Shown here one piece after another: positions 9,921 to 19,310 of a DNA stretch of 64,000 bases. Under the pieces are notes generated by a model. It saw nothing but the letters and a program-made list of their open reading frames with translations. It did no database searches and had not been told where the DNA came from. The position numbers and the translations under genes were made by a program. Origin of the DNA: an uncultured Porphyromonadaceae bacterium (GTDB lineage Bacteria > Bacteroidota > Bacteroidia > Bacteroidales > Muribaculaceae); contig CAMWRH010000005.1 of NCBI GenBank assembly GCA_947176605.1, positions 810-64,809 on the forward strand. Reading direction: 5' to 3'. Within the stretch, counting starts at the first letter, position 1. Each line of letters starts with the position of its first letter.

Positions 9921-10649
9921 TCAGTCGCGAGAGCCTCCGAAGATGCGGAGCAGGAAGATGAAGAGGTTGATGAAGTCGAGATAGAGGTTCATGGCGCCGA
10001 TAGTGGCAAGCTTGTCGCTTACTGCGGGGTCGAGATTGGCCTGGGCGATGCGCTTCACCATCTGGGTATCCCATGCCGTGAGCCCTACGAAAAGGAGCAC
10101 ACCGACGATAGATACGATCCACTCGATAGTGGAGCTATGGGCAAAGATATTTACCACCATCAGGATAATCAGGCCGAAGAGCGCCATCGTGAGGTATGAA
10201 CCCATCTTCGAGAGGTCGCGCTTGGTGAAATACCCGTATACCGACATGGCGCCGAACGTGCCGGCCGTGATGAAGAGGGTGTATACGATGGTGCCGAGCT
10301 TATATACAAAGAAAATCGGCGCGAGCCATGTGCCCATCATTGCCGAGAATATGCAGAAGCAGAGCAGCACGGCGCCCTGGCTCATGCGCATATATCGGGA
10401 GGGGAGCACCCATGCCATGACGAACATAGCGATCAGCATACCCCAGAATACGATCTGATTGCCGAAGAAGAAGGCCATGGCTGCCTGCGACGAGGCTACG
10501 CCAAGGGCGCAGAATGCAGAAATCAGCAGGCCGATAAACATGCGCACATATACCTTGCGCAGCACAGTGTTGACCTGAGTGGCCAGACTCACTGAGTTGT
10601 TCCCGCCGGAATAGGGGGGAGGTGTCTGTTGAAACTGGTTGTAATCCAT
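9921..10649 (-). CDS. Bax inhibitor-1/YccA family membrane protein
   Basis: Seven hydrophobic segments, TAWDTQ and ATIGAMNLYLDFINLF motifs. Confidence 0.93.
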   Translation of the reverse strand: MDYNQFQQTPPPYSGGNNSVSLATQVNTVLRKVYVRMFIGLLISAFCALGVASSQAAMAFFFGNQIVFWGMLIAMFVMAWVLPSRYMRMSQGAVLLCFCIFSAMMGTWLAPIFFVYKLGTIVYTLFITAGTFGAMSVYGYFTKRDLSKMGSYLTMALFGLIILMVVNIFAHSSTIEWIVSIVGVLLFVGLTAWDTQMVKRIAQANLDPAVSDKLATIGAMNLYLDFINLFIFLLRIFGGSRD

Positions 10650-10914
10650 ATGAGTTGAGATTTAACTTGATTATCGTATGTTAGGATCAGGCATACGCGG
10701 CGGCGAGGCCGTGGCGCGAGGGCGTCGTGATGCCCGAATGGCGTGTCTGAAACGATTGCTTTGTGGCTGCTCCCCCGGACGGGTATCCGCCGCATGGCTG
10801 AATGTAATCCGGATTGATAGCCATGCCGGAAGCCCGCCCGGAGAGCCGCCTATACATAATCATAACAAACTCGAAGGCAAAGTTGCCAAAAATCTGTTGA
10901 TGATACTCAATATT

Positions 10915-10970
10915 TGCAATATTTCAGTATTTTCACCCTCCGGATGGGGGTGAGGGGCTGAAATGTTGCA
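10915..10970 (-). terminator. Hairpin downstream of argS (putative terminator)
   Basis: TGCAATATTTCAG/CTGAAATGTTGCA outer stem plus a TCACCC/GGGTGA inner stem; the U-tract is weak. Confidence 0.45.
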
Positions 10971-10986
10971 GTCTCAGCCGGTGGGT

Positions 10987-12765
10987 TTACATGCGCTCCG
11001 GCATCTCGATGCCGAGCAGCGCCACACCCTGGCGAAGCGTGCGGGCAGTGATGGCCGAAAGGTTGAGGCGCAGGCAGCGTGTGGCGGCATCCTCTTCGCG
11101 CAGTATCTGATAGTCGTGGTAGAACTGGTTGTATTCCTTGGCCAGTTCGTAGCAGTATTTGGCTATCAGGGCGGGGGAGTATGTGCGTCCGGCAGCGGCT
11201 ACGGTCTCGGGGAAATCGGCAATCTTCTGGATCAGTGCCTGCTCCTTCTCATTGGGCACAGCCTCGGCGTAAGAGCAGGAAGCCAGTTCGTCGCCTGCCT
11301 TGCGGCAGATGGAGCGGATGCGGGCGTAGGTGTACTGCAGGAAGGGGCCTGTGTTGCCGTTGAAGTCGATTGATTCCTTGGGGTTGAAGAGCATGTTCTT
11401 CTTCGGGTCGACCTTGAGCAGGAAGTACTTAAGTGCGCCCATACCCACGATGCGGGCGATCTCGTCGGCCTCATCGGCGGGCATGTCGGCGAAGCGCTCC
11501 GACGAGGTGTCGCGGGCGTCGGCGATCATGGTGTCCATCAGGTCGTCGGCATCCACTACGGTGCCTTCGCGTGATTTCATCTTACCTTCGGGAAGCTCCA
11601 CCATGCCGTAGGAGAAGTGGGTGAGGTCCTTGCCCCATTTGAATCCGAGCTTGTCGAGCAGCAGTGCGAGCACCTGGAAGTGGTAGTTCTGCTCGTTGCC
11701 CACGACGTATACCATCTTGTCGATCGGATAGTCCTGGTAGCGGAGTTTGGCGGTGCCTATGTCCTGGGTCATGTAGACGGAAGTGCCGTCCTTGCGGAGC
11801 AGCAGCTTGTGGTCGAGTCCGTCGGGGGTAAGGTCGGCCCATACGGAGCCGTCCTCCTTGCGGTACATTATCCCCTTTTCAAGGCCGCCGAGCACGAGGT
11901 CCTTGCCTTCCAGATATGTATCCGATTCGTAATAGATTTTGTCGAAGTCCACCCCCATGCGGCGGTAGGTCTCATCGAATCCGGCGTATACCCATTCGTT
12001 CATCATCTTCCACAGCGAGCGCACTTCCTCATCGCCGGCTTCCCAGCGGCGGAGCATCTCGCGTGCTTCCTGCATCAGAGGCGATGCGGCCTCGGCCTCC
12101 TCTTCAGTCATCCCCTTCTCCTGCAGCTCCTTGAGCTCGGCCTTATAGTGGCGGTCGAACTCCACGTAGAAGTCGCCGATAAGGTGGTCGCCTTTCTTTC
12201 CGGCCTTTTCGGGGGTGATGCCGTTGCCCCATTTTAGCCATGCGAGCATCGACTTGCAGATATGTATGCCACGGTCGTTGACGATGTTGGTCTTCACGAC
12301 GCGGTAGCCGTTGGCTTCGAGTATGCGTGAGAGGGAGTAGCCGAGCAGATTGTTGCGCACGTGACCCAGATGCAGAGGCTTGTTGGTGTTGGGCGAGGAG
12401 TATTCCACCATTACGAGCTGCGAGTCGGCAGTGGGAGCCGTGATGCCGAAGTCGGGGTCGGCGGCGATGTCGTGCAGCCGGCGGAGCCAGAAAGCGGGTG
12501 CTATCGAGAGGTTGAGGAATCCCTTTACGGCGTTGAATTTCTCTACAGCGTCGAGATTGGCGGTGAGCCACTCGCCGATTTCGGCGGCGGTATCTTCGGG
12601 CTTCTTACGGGATGCCTTGAGATATGGGAACACCACTACGGTGAGGTGTCCTTCGAATTCCTTCTTCGTGCGGTCTACCTGCACGGTGTCGGGCTGCACA
12701 TCGGCGCCGTAAAGCGCCTTGACGGCATCTGCCACACCGGCGGCTATTATCTTTTCTATTTCCAT
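10987..12765 (-). CDS. argS: Arginine--tRNA ligase
   Basis: VEYSSPNTNKPLHLGHVRN (HIGH-like), KMKSREG (KMSKS-like), GNTGPFLQYTYARI and a DALR anticodon-binding domain. Confidence 0.98.
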   Translation of the reverse strand: MEIEKIIAAGVADAVKALYGADVQPDTVQVDRTKKEFEGHLTVVVFPYLKASRKKPEDTAAEIGEWLTANLDAVEKFNAVKGFLNLSIAPAFWLRRLHDIAADPDFGITAPTADSQLVMVEYSSPNTNKPLHLGHVRNNLLGYSLSRILEANGYRVVKTNIVNDRGIHICKSMLAWLKWGNGITPEKAGKKGDHLIGDFYVEFDRHYKAELKELQEKGMTEEEAEAASPLMQEAREMLRRWEAGDEEVRSLWKMMNEWVYAGFDETYRRMGVDFDKIYYESDTYLEGKDLVLGGLEKGIMYRKEDGSVWADLTPDGLDHKLLLRKDGTSVYMTQDIGTAKLRYQDYPIDKMVYVVGNEQNYHFQVLALLLDKLGFKWGKDLTHFSYGMVELPEGKMKSREGTVVDADDLMDTMIADARDTSSERFADMPADEADEIARIVGMGALKYFLLKVDPKKNMLFNPKESIDFNGNTGPFLQYTYARIRSICRKAGDELASCSYAEAVPNEKEQALIQKIADFPETVAAAGRTYSPALIAKYCYELAKEYNQFYHDYQILREEDAATRCLRLNLSAITARTLRQGVALLGIEMPERM

Positions 12766-12771
12766 ATAGTT

Positions 12772-12813
12772 AAAAAGCTAACTTTGCGAATTAATCCGCA
12801 AAGTTAGCTTTTT
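12772..12813 (-). terminator. Perfect 17-bp inverted repeat: terminator of the porin unit overlapping the argS promoter
   Basis: AAAAAGCTAACTTTGCG-N8-CGCAAAGTTAGCTTTTT; each arm contains TAACTTTG. Confidence 0.7.
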
Positions 12814-12945
12814 TTTGTGTCAATACCAATTAACGGTCGTAAAATCAGATTCTCAGTCGGTGTGTGTGGCTGTGCGGGGGGCGTTGGCGGGCGGCACTGC
12901 GTCATGAGTCCGCCGGCAGGGGCGCCGCAACCGGAGCCGGCCTCA

Positions 12946-14115
12946 TCAGAAGATAATCTGCAGACGGGCCATAATGGCATTCAGCGAGATCGGACCGGCC
13001 TGCGGGCCATCCCATGTATGGGTGTAGGAGTAGTGCAGACGGGCAATTACGTATTTGTTGATATAGTAGTTGAGAGTAGCCGAGAAGTCGTTGAGGCGTC
13101 CGCCGTAGATGCCGCAGTTGCGGTCGGTGAGGGTGGTGTAGTTGTAGTCAAACACCAGCTCGAGACTCTTCGGTGCCGGAGTGGCGATGCCGCCTCCCCA
13201 GGAGTCGTAGGTGTAGTTCTGACCGAGCAGGAGACCTCTGAGAGTGACGTAAGCACCTTGTCCTACGAATGCCTTCTGACCGTTGCGGCGGTTGACGTTG
13301 AGCCAGAAATACTGTGATTCAAGAGCTACGGGGCCATAGGAGGCGAGAAGTTCGGGGGAGAGCTTGAAGAGATTCTTCGACTGATCTACCTCGGCATCGA
13401 CGGCAGTGACCTGAGTGACGCGTACCGGGAAGTTGGATTTGAAGGTGAAGAGGTCGTGGGTGTCGGGATCACCGTTGCGGGTAGGAGTGGCGAATGCGCC
13501 CGAGATGCCTACCTGAAGCATCTTGCCCGGCTCGTGCCAGGGGCGGTATACGAGGCGGGAGCGGATGCCGTAGCCTTCGTGTGTAAACTGGTTGGGAGTG
13601 AGCAGGTAAGTGGTAGAGGAGGGTTCGGCATGGAGGCTGGCGGTGGCCAGGAATTTCGGGCCGTTGTATTCATACTGGATTCCGAGCTGACGGGAATCGT
13701 TGAATACGGTGTTGCTTATAGGCTCCTCCATTGTAGGCTTCATTGAGCTTGAAGTGGCGCTCTGGAGGCCGAACTGATGGATAAACGAACCGATCTGCAG
13801 CTTGTTTTCCGGATTGAAGGTATATCCGATGTAGAGGTCCTTGAGTCCGACTTTGCCATAGGCGAAGCCTACATCGATTTTGGCATCCCATTTGCCGTAT
13901 TTCATTTTCACGCCCAGGCGCACATCCGGGATGGCTACGCCCCCCTTGAACAGTTCGCTCTGCGGCGATATCAGGCCTGCTCCGTCGAGGAGGATACGGC
14001 CGGTGGGATTGATTTCAAACTTGGTTTTTGTTTCGCCCGAGGCTTCCTGGGCATTGATATTCATTGAGGATGCAGTGGCGATAAGCGCCAGTCCTAATGC
14101 GTACAACTTTTTCAT
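12946..14115 (-). CDS. OprO/OprP family phosphate-selective porin
   Basis: Signal peptide, amphipathic beta strands, GRILLD and DVRLG, 'ATLNYYIN' and a C-terminal Phe. Confidence 0.8.
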   Translation of the reverse strand: MKKLYALGLALIATASSMNINAQEASGETKTKFEINPTGRILLDGAGLISPQSELFKGGVAIPDVRLGVKMKYGKWDAKIDVGFAYGKVGLKDLYIGYTFNPENKLQIGSFIHQFGLQSATSSSMKPTMEEPISNTVFNDSRQLGIQYEYNGPKFLATASLHAEPSSTTYLLTPNQFTHEGYGIRSRLVYRPWHEPGKMLQVGISGAFATPTRNGDPDTHDLFTFKSNFPVRVTQVTAVDAEVDQSKNLFKLSPELLASYGPVALESQYFWLNVNRRNGQKAFVGQGAYVTLRGLLLGQNYTYDSWGGGIATPAPKSLELVFDYNYTTLTDRNCGIYGGRLNDFSATLNYYINKYVIARLHYSYTHTWDGPQAGPISLNAIMARLQIIF

Positions 14116-14271
14116 AGCGGTCAGAATTAAGGGTCAGGGTATAGGTTTAAGGTAGAGGCCTTTAAGGCTATATGGAATGAAGGGATTGGCAGACTCCGCG
14201 GCGTTGCGGAGAGGAGAGAGGGGGAGGGAGTGCCGTGAGCGCCGCGGGTCAGAATTATTCAGTGAGGCAGG

Positions 14272-15087
14272 TCATTTCTGGTCGGCGTGTACCGGGAGCG
14301 GGCGTTTGCCGGGTTTTACTTTTCCGTCTTTCTTAAGCTGTGCGAATTCCTTCTTGGCTTTCTCAAGCTGAGCGTTGAATCCGGGGTCGGCGTGGAGTCG
14401 GGCGACGATACCGGAGCCGGTGATGCGTCCGGCATCCACATCGCTCTGGAAGTGATATCCGCAGATCACGCGTGATTCACCCATCTGGTATCCGCGTTCC
14501 AGGATTTCATCCTGTCGGTCGGGGTTAAGTTCGGTCAGCACCAGAGCCGTGGCCCATCCGATGGAAGTGTGGCCGGAGGGGTATGACCCATTGGTGGAAA
14601 GCTCGGCCTGCTGTTCGGGATTGCAGGTGTCTTCTTCGAAGAATGCGTAGGGGCGGGTGCGGTTGTAGTAGTTTTTGGCTTCGCGGGTGGCCAGGTCGCC
14701 GGCATCTTCGCGCATCCCTACGATCAGCTTATAGATTTCGGGCGTATTGTCTTCGCTGATCAGCACTCCGAAGGCTTCGGAGAATGCGTCGGGGAGGTTC
14801 TGCCCCTCTACGCGGGCATCCTTGAATGCCTGCTCGCCGCGTTCGGTGTTGCGGATGGATTTACCCCAGTCGTAGCGCGACTTGTCGTACATGAACTGCA
14901 CGGATTCCACCGAAGGAGGTCCGGGGAGGATGTAAAGGCTATTGGGGGCATCTCCCTCTTCAAGGAAGAATACGTCGGGATTGGTGCGGTGGTCTTTGAC
15001 AGTGGTTGAAGCGGCTGTCTGGCCGAATGCCTGGCTGCAGAGGAGGGCGGTAAGAGCCAGGGCGGATAAACGGAAAATTCTGTTCAT
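14272..15087 (-). CDS. Class A non-specific acid phosphatase (PAP2 family)
   Basis: KNYYNRTRP, SYPSGH and SRVICGYHFQSDV are the three PAP2 motifs; signal peptide present. Confidence 0.92.
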   Translation of the reverse strand: MNRIFRLSALALTALLCSQAFGQTAASTTVKDHRTNPDVFFLEEGDAPNSLYILPGPPSVESVQFMYDKSRYDWGKSIRNTERGEQAFKDARVEGQNLPDAFSEAFGVLISEDNTPEIYKLIVGMREDAGDLATREAKNYYNRTRPYAFFEEDTCNPEQQAELSTNGSYPSGHTSIGWATALVLTELNPDRQDEILERGYQMGESRVICGYHFQSDVDAGRITGSGIVARLHADPGFNAQLEKAKKEFAQLKKDGKVKPGKRPLPVHADQK

Positions 15088-15378
15088 AGCTTTAAAGTTT
15101 AGATTCAGGTTAAGGAGGAGCGGGGGAAGCAGATGGAGCGGTAGTGGGCCGACTGACTGCGGAGGTCGGTCGGAATGCTTCGCCTGTTGTGGGATTGAGG
15201 GTGGAGCCTTAGGCCGATCTTCGGAATTATAACATCTTGGCGCGGCGGATGGTTAAAAATATTTATATGTTCTTAAACATGGTTTTTAGAAAAACGGAAT
15301 GCGGGATGATGCTTCACGCAGTGTGGTGAAGAATCATCCCGCATTATGCCTGCGGCGTCTGATGAGGGTGGGCGCGTA

Positions 15379-16449
15379 TCAGCGCAGCTTGCGTCGCACG
15401 TCGGCCATCGAATTGCATCGGGCATTGAGATTGCCGGCGGCATCGATTATGAAGATAGCCGGGAGAGAGGCCAGCTGGTAGCTGCCGATGAGTCCCGGGG
15501 TATCGGAGTCGGATGCGAATACGCATGTCCAGGGGAGATTGGTGGCGGCGTTGCGCCAGGTGAGCTGGTCGTCGTCGAGTCCCACGTTGTAGATTCTCAC
15601 TCCCTGCAGCTTGCGGAGCTCGGCGTTGAGCGAGGGAGTGGCCGGATCGGATAGATCGGAGAATACGAGCAGAGTGGGTTCACCTTTTCCGGCAATGTCA
15701 GACAGACGCCGCTCCTTGCCGTCGACAGAGGGGAGATTGATGTCGATGTAGCTGATTTCGGAAGCCTGCACCACTTTGCGGTGTCCGGCAGCCGCTTTCC
15801 CTTTCTGCCGGGCTGAAGTGGCAGTGGCCGTAAGCAGCGGGAGGCGGGGGTCATCGGGGCGGTATTCCCGGAATGCCGTGGCTACGGCGGCGAAATAAGA
15901 AGCGTCGTCGGGAACTTTAAACAGCGGTTCGCCCCCGACGGTCTTTGTAAGGATATAGTAGCTCAGCACCGAGCCCTTCCCCTCCTGAAGGTATGTCGTG
16001 AATACGTGGCGCTTGAAATTGCGGGCCGAGTCAGGGTCCGACAGAGCCGGGGCTGCCTTGAGCAGCTCCTTCTCGAACCGGGCCATGGCTTCTGCCTGCG
16101 GGGATCCGGCCACAGAGAAATCGGTGGCGAAGCGGGGTGCGGAGGCCTGGATGGTGATGGTCTCTACGGAATCTACGGGGAAGTAGATGTAATTGTCGGT
16201 GCCACCCATGCGCAGACGGTAGATTTCGGGGTCGGCCGGAGCTATGTGGCTGAAAGAGAAAGCGCCTTTCGCATTGAGCGAAGCGGAATCGATAGCCACC
16301 CATTGGCCTGCATGATCGGCTTTTTCAAGGGTGATGGTGCGTCCGTCGGCATCGGCTACGGTGCCTTTGACGGTAAACGAAGGGTCGGAGCAGGCCGTAA
16401 GGGCGGCAGCCAAAAATGCCGCGGAGGCCATACATAGGGAAATGCGCAT
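15379..16449 (-). CDS. Lipoprotein with an N-terminal DUF4369-like domain and a C-terminal thioredoxin-like (TlpA/AhpC-type) domain
   Basis: Lipobox LTAC, 'FTVKGTV...ITLE...IDSASL..KGAFSF', and a C-terminal 'IYNVGLD...W...LPW...YQLASLPAIFIID..G'. Confidence 0.75.
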   Translation of the reverse strand: MRISLCMASAAFLAAALTACSDPSFTVKGTVADADGRTITLEKADHAGQWVAIDSASLNAKGAFSFSHIAPADPEIYRLRMGGTDNYIYFPVDSVETITIQASAPRFATDFSVAGSPQAEAMARFEKELLKAAPALSDPDSARNFKRHVFTTYLQEGKGSVLSYYILTKTVGGEPLFKVPDDASYFAAVATAFREYRPDDPRLPLLTATATSARQKGKAAAGHRKVVQASEISYIDINLPSVDGKERRLSDIAGKGEPTLLVFSDLSDPATPSLNAELRKLQGVRIYNVGLDDDQLTWRNAATNLPWTCVFASDSDTPGLIGSYQLASLPAIFIIDAAGNLNARCNSMADVRRKLR

Positions 16450-16663
16450 AAGAAAGTCAAAAAAACTGAAATGAAAGATCCGTCCGTGCGGCTATGCCGG
16501 GAGGTGAAAACGATGCGCGGAAAGCCCGGCATCGCCCTGCCGCAGCGGCCAAATCGAATCCAAAATTAGCTAAAAAAGCCGAAATAAATGATGCCGGGCG
16601 CAAAAAAGATAAAAGCGGGCGATAAAAAAGGGAAAAATTATTGGCTAAAGCGGTTAATATTAC

Positions 16664-16671
16664 TAACTTTG
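16664..16671 (+). promoter_or_regulatory. -7 promoter element for pnp (a divergent TAATTTTG at 16561-16568 serves the lipoprotein gene)
   Basis: TAACTTTG about 95 nt upstream of pnp. Confidence 0.65.
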
Positions 16672-16766
16672 TGGCAAAAATTCCAACTTATACAACTTCG
16701 GCTCCGAGGCAAGAGGCGTAGGGGCATAGCAGCAAACAAAGCAGCGAAGAAAAACGATAACGATTT

Positions 16767-19115
16767 ATGTTGAAACCAGTGAAAAAGACCATCGACCTTG
16801 GCGACGGCCGTCAGATTACGATCGAGACCGGCAAATTGGCCAAACAGGCAGATGGCGCAGTGGAAGTACGCATGGGCAACACCATGCTTCTGGCCACAGT
16901 ATGTTCGGCCGCTGAGGCCAACGAGGGAGTGGACTTCATGCCCCTCACCGTGGAGTACAAGGAGAAATATGCCTCCATCGGCCGTTATCCCGGCGGCTTC
17001 CTGAAGCGCGAGGGACGTGCCAGCGACTATGAAATCCTCACGTCGCGACTCGTAGACCGAGTGCTCCGCCCCCTTTTCCCGGAGAATTATCATGCCGAGA
17101 CGTTTGTGAATGTCACCCTCTTCTCCGCTGATGCCAACGAGGCTCCCGATGCACTTGCCGGCATCGCCGCTTCGGCCGCCCTTGCCTGCTCCGACATACC
17201 CTTCAACGGCCCCATCTCGGAGGTGCGTGTGGCGCGTGTGGACGGCAACTGGGTAATCAATCCCAATTTCGAGCAGATCGAACGTGCCGACATCGAGCTG
17301 ATGGTAGGCGCTACCTACGACAACATCATGATGGTCGAAGGCGAGATGAACGAGGTGAGCGAAGCCGAGCTCCTCGAAGCCCTCAAGGTAGCCCACGAGG
17401 AAATCAAGAAGCACTGCGTGGCCCAGATGGAGCTGATGAAAGAGGCCGGCAAGGAGCAGAAGCGTGAGTATTGCCACGAAATCAACGACGACGCCCTGCG
17501 CGCCGACGTGCGTGAGAAATGCTACGACAAGGCTTACGCCATAGCCAAGGCCGGAAGCGCCGACAAGCACTGGCGCAACGACAGCTTCAAGGCCGTGCGC
17601 GACGAATATATCGAGTCGCTCCCCGAAATGACCGAAGAGCAGCTCGCCCTCTACAATGAGGATCAGCGCATCGCCATGGTGAAGCGCTACTACCATGATG
17701 TGGAGAAAGAGGCCATGCGCCGCTGTGTGCTCGACGAGGGGATTCGCCTCGACGGCCGCTCCACTACCGATATCCGCCCCATCTGGTGCGAGATCGACTA
17801 TGTGCCCGGCCCTCACGGCTCGGCCGTATTCACACGTGGCGAGACTCAGGCACTTGTGACCGCGACACTCGGCACGACGCTCGACGAGAAGATCGTGGAC
17901 GATGTGCTCAACCAGAGCAAGGAGCGCTTCCTGCTGCACTACAACTTCCCCCCCTTCTCCACCGGCGAGGCTCGCCCGCAGCGTGGCGTGGGACGCCGCG
18001 AAATCGGCCACGGCAATTTGGCTCACCGTGCGCTGAAGCGCATGTTCCCCGATGATTTCCCCTATACCTGCCGTATCGTCAGCGATATTCTGGAATCCAA
18101 CGGTTCAAGCTCGATGGCTACCGTATGCGGCGGCACTCTGGCACTGCTTGATGCCGGCGTGAAGATGAAGCGCCCGGTGGCCGGCGTGGCAATGGGTCTG
18201 ATATCGGATGAGGGCAATGTGAAATACGCAGTGCTCTCCGACATCCTCGGCGACGAAGACCACCTCGGCGACATGGACTTCAAGGTGACAGGCACCGAGA
18301 AGGGTATCACCGCCACCCAGATGGACATCAAGTGCGACGGCCTGAGCTATGAGGTGCTTGAGAAGGCTCTCGAGCAGGCACGCCAGGGACGCATGCATAT
18401 CCTCGGCATCATCGCCGAGACAATCCCCGCCGCCCGCGAGGACTACAAGCCTCACGTGCCGCGTCTGGTGACAATCGAGATCCCGAAAGAGATGATCGGC
18501 GCCGTAATCGGCCCGCAGGGCAAGGTGATCCAGGCCATGCAGGAGGAGACAGGCACCACAATCTCGATCGACGAGGACGAGAAGACCGGCGTAGGCCGCG
18601 TGGAAATCGCCTCCAAGGATGCCGCAGGCATCGATGCCGCCCTGGCCCGCATCAAGGCTATCGTGGCTCAGCCCGAGGAGGGTGAAGTGTATGAAGGCAC
18701 AGTGCGCTCGATACTTGACTTCGGCGCATTCGTGGAGTTCATGCCCGGCCGCGACGGACTGCTGCACATCTCCGAAATCTCCTGGAACCGTCTCGAATCA
18801 ATGGAGCAGAGCGGCCTTAAGGAGGGCGATAAGGTGAAGGTGAAACTGATCGAAATCGATAAGAAGACCGGCAAGTACCGTCTGTCGATGCGTGTGCTTA
18901 CGGAGAAGCCCGAAGGGTATGTGGAGCGTGAGGCACGCCCGCGCCGCGAAGGTGGCGACCGTGGTCCGCGTCCGCGTCGCGAAGGTGGCGACCGTGGCCC
19001 GCGCCGCGAGGGTGGCGACCGCGGTCCGCGCGGCGATCGCCGTGAGCGCAGCCCGCGCCGCGAAGGGCAGGGCAACCGTCCGTTTGCCGACATCGACTTC
19101 AAGGTGGAAGACTGA
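16767..19115 (+). CDS. pnp: Polyribonucleotide nucleotidyltransferase (PNPase)
   Basis: Two RNase PH domains ([23 protein letters not shown]), KH and S1 domains, and an R/G/D/E-rich repeat tail. Confidence 0.98.
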   Translation: MLKPVKKTIDLGDGRQITIETGKLAKQADGAVEVRMGNTMLLATVCSAAEANEGVDFMPLTVEYKEKYASIGRYPGGFLKREGRASDYEILTSRLVDRVLRPLFPENYHAETFVNVTLFSADANEAPDALAGIAASAALACSDIPFNGPISEVRVARVDGNWVINPNFEQIERADIELMVGATYDNIMMVEGEMNEVSEAELLEALKVAHEEIKKHCVAQMELMKEAGKEQKREYCHEINDDALRADVREKCYDKAYAIAKAGSADKHWRNDSFKAVRDEYIESLPEMTEEQLALYNEDQRIAMVKRYYHDVEKEAMRRCVLDEGIRLDGRSTTDIRPIWCEIDYVPGPHGSAVFTRGETQALVTATLGTTLDEKIVDDVLNQSKERFLLHYNFPPFSTGEARPQRGVGRREIGHGNLAHRALKRMFPDDFPYTCRIVSDILESNGSSSMATVCGGTLALLDAGVKMKRPVAGVAMGLISDEGNVKYAVLSDILGDEDHLGDMDFKVTGTEKGITATQMDIKCDGLSYEVLEKALEQARQGRMHILGIIAETIPAAREDYKPHVPRLVTIEIPKEMIGAVIGPQGKVIQAMQEETGTTISIDEDEKTGVGRVEIASKDAAGIDAALARIKAIVAQPEEGEVYEGTVRSILDFGAFVEFMPGRDGLLHISEISWNRLESMEQSGLKEGDKVKVKLIEIDKKTGKYRLSMRVLTEKPEGYVEREARPRREGGDRGPRPRREGGDRGPRREGGDRGPRGDRRERSPRREGQGNRPFADIDFKVED

Positions 19116-19151
19116 TCCGCATCCGTAATAACGGATTGATACACAATAGCG

Positions 19152-19185
19152 CAGGGCGCATGGACCATCCGGTCCATGCGCCCTG
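19152..19185. terminator. Perfect 15-bp hairpin between the convergent pnp and DUF4421-like genes
   Basis: CAGGGCGCATGGACC-ATCC-GGTCCATGCGCCCTG. Confidence 0.65.
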
Positions 19186-19211
19186 TAAGCATTGTATGCG
19201 CAGTCGGCTCT

Positions 19212-19310
19212 GAGCCTTTCAGAATCGCACTCCGGCAGAGGGGTGCGCCTTCCGGAATCGCACTTAGGCAGAGGAGGGAGCCTTTCAGAATCGCACTCCG
19301 ACGGAAAGGG
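19212..19310. repeat. Three tandem degenerate 33-bp repeats
   Basis: Core GCC TT(T/C)C(A/G)GAATCGCACT at 19212, 19245 and 19278; the third copy encodes the last codons of the adjacent gene. Confidence 0.85.

Noticed and set aside
16638-18026. Long antisense ORF (462 aa) opposite pnp; likewise 36125-37702 opposite fusA, 57784-59022 opposite secY, 8437-9318 and many others in the track
   Set aside because: These are shadow ORFs produced by high GC and strong codon bias on the true strand. They have no recognisable motifs and fully overlap well-supported genes.
19212-19310. 33-bp repeats as a mini CRISPR array
   Set aside because: The copies are directly tandem with no unique spacers, one lies inside a CDS, and there are no cas genes.
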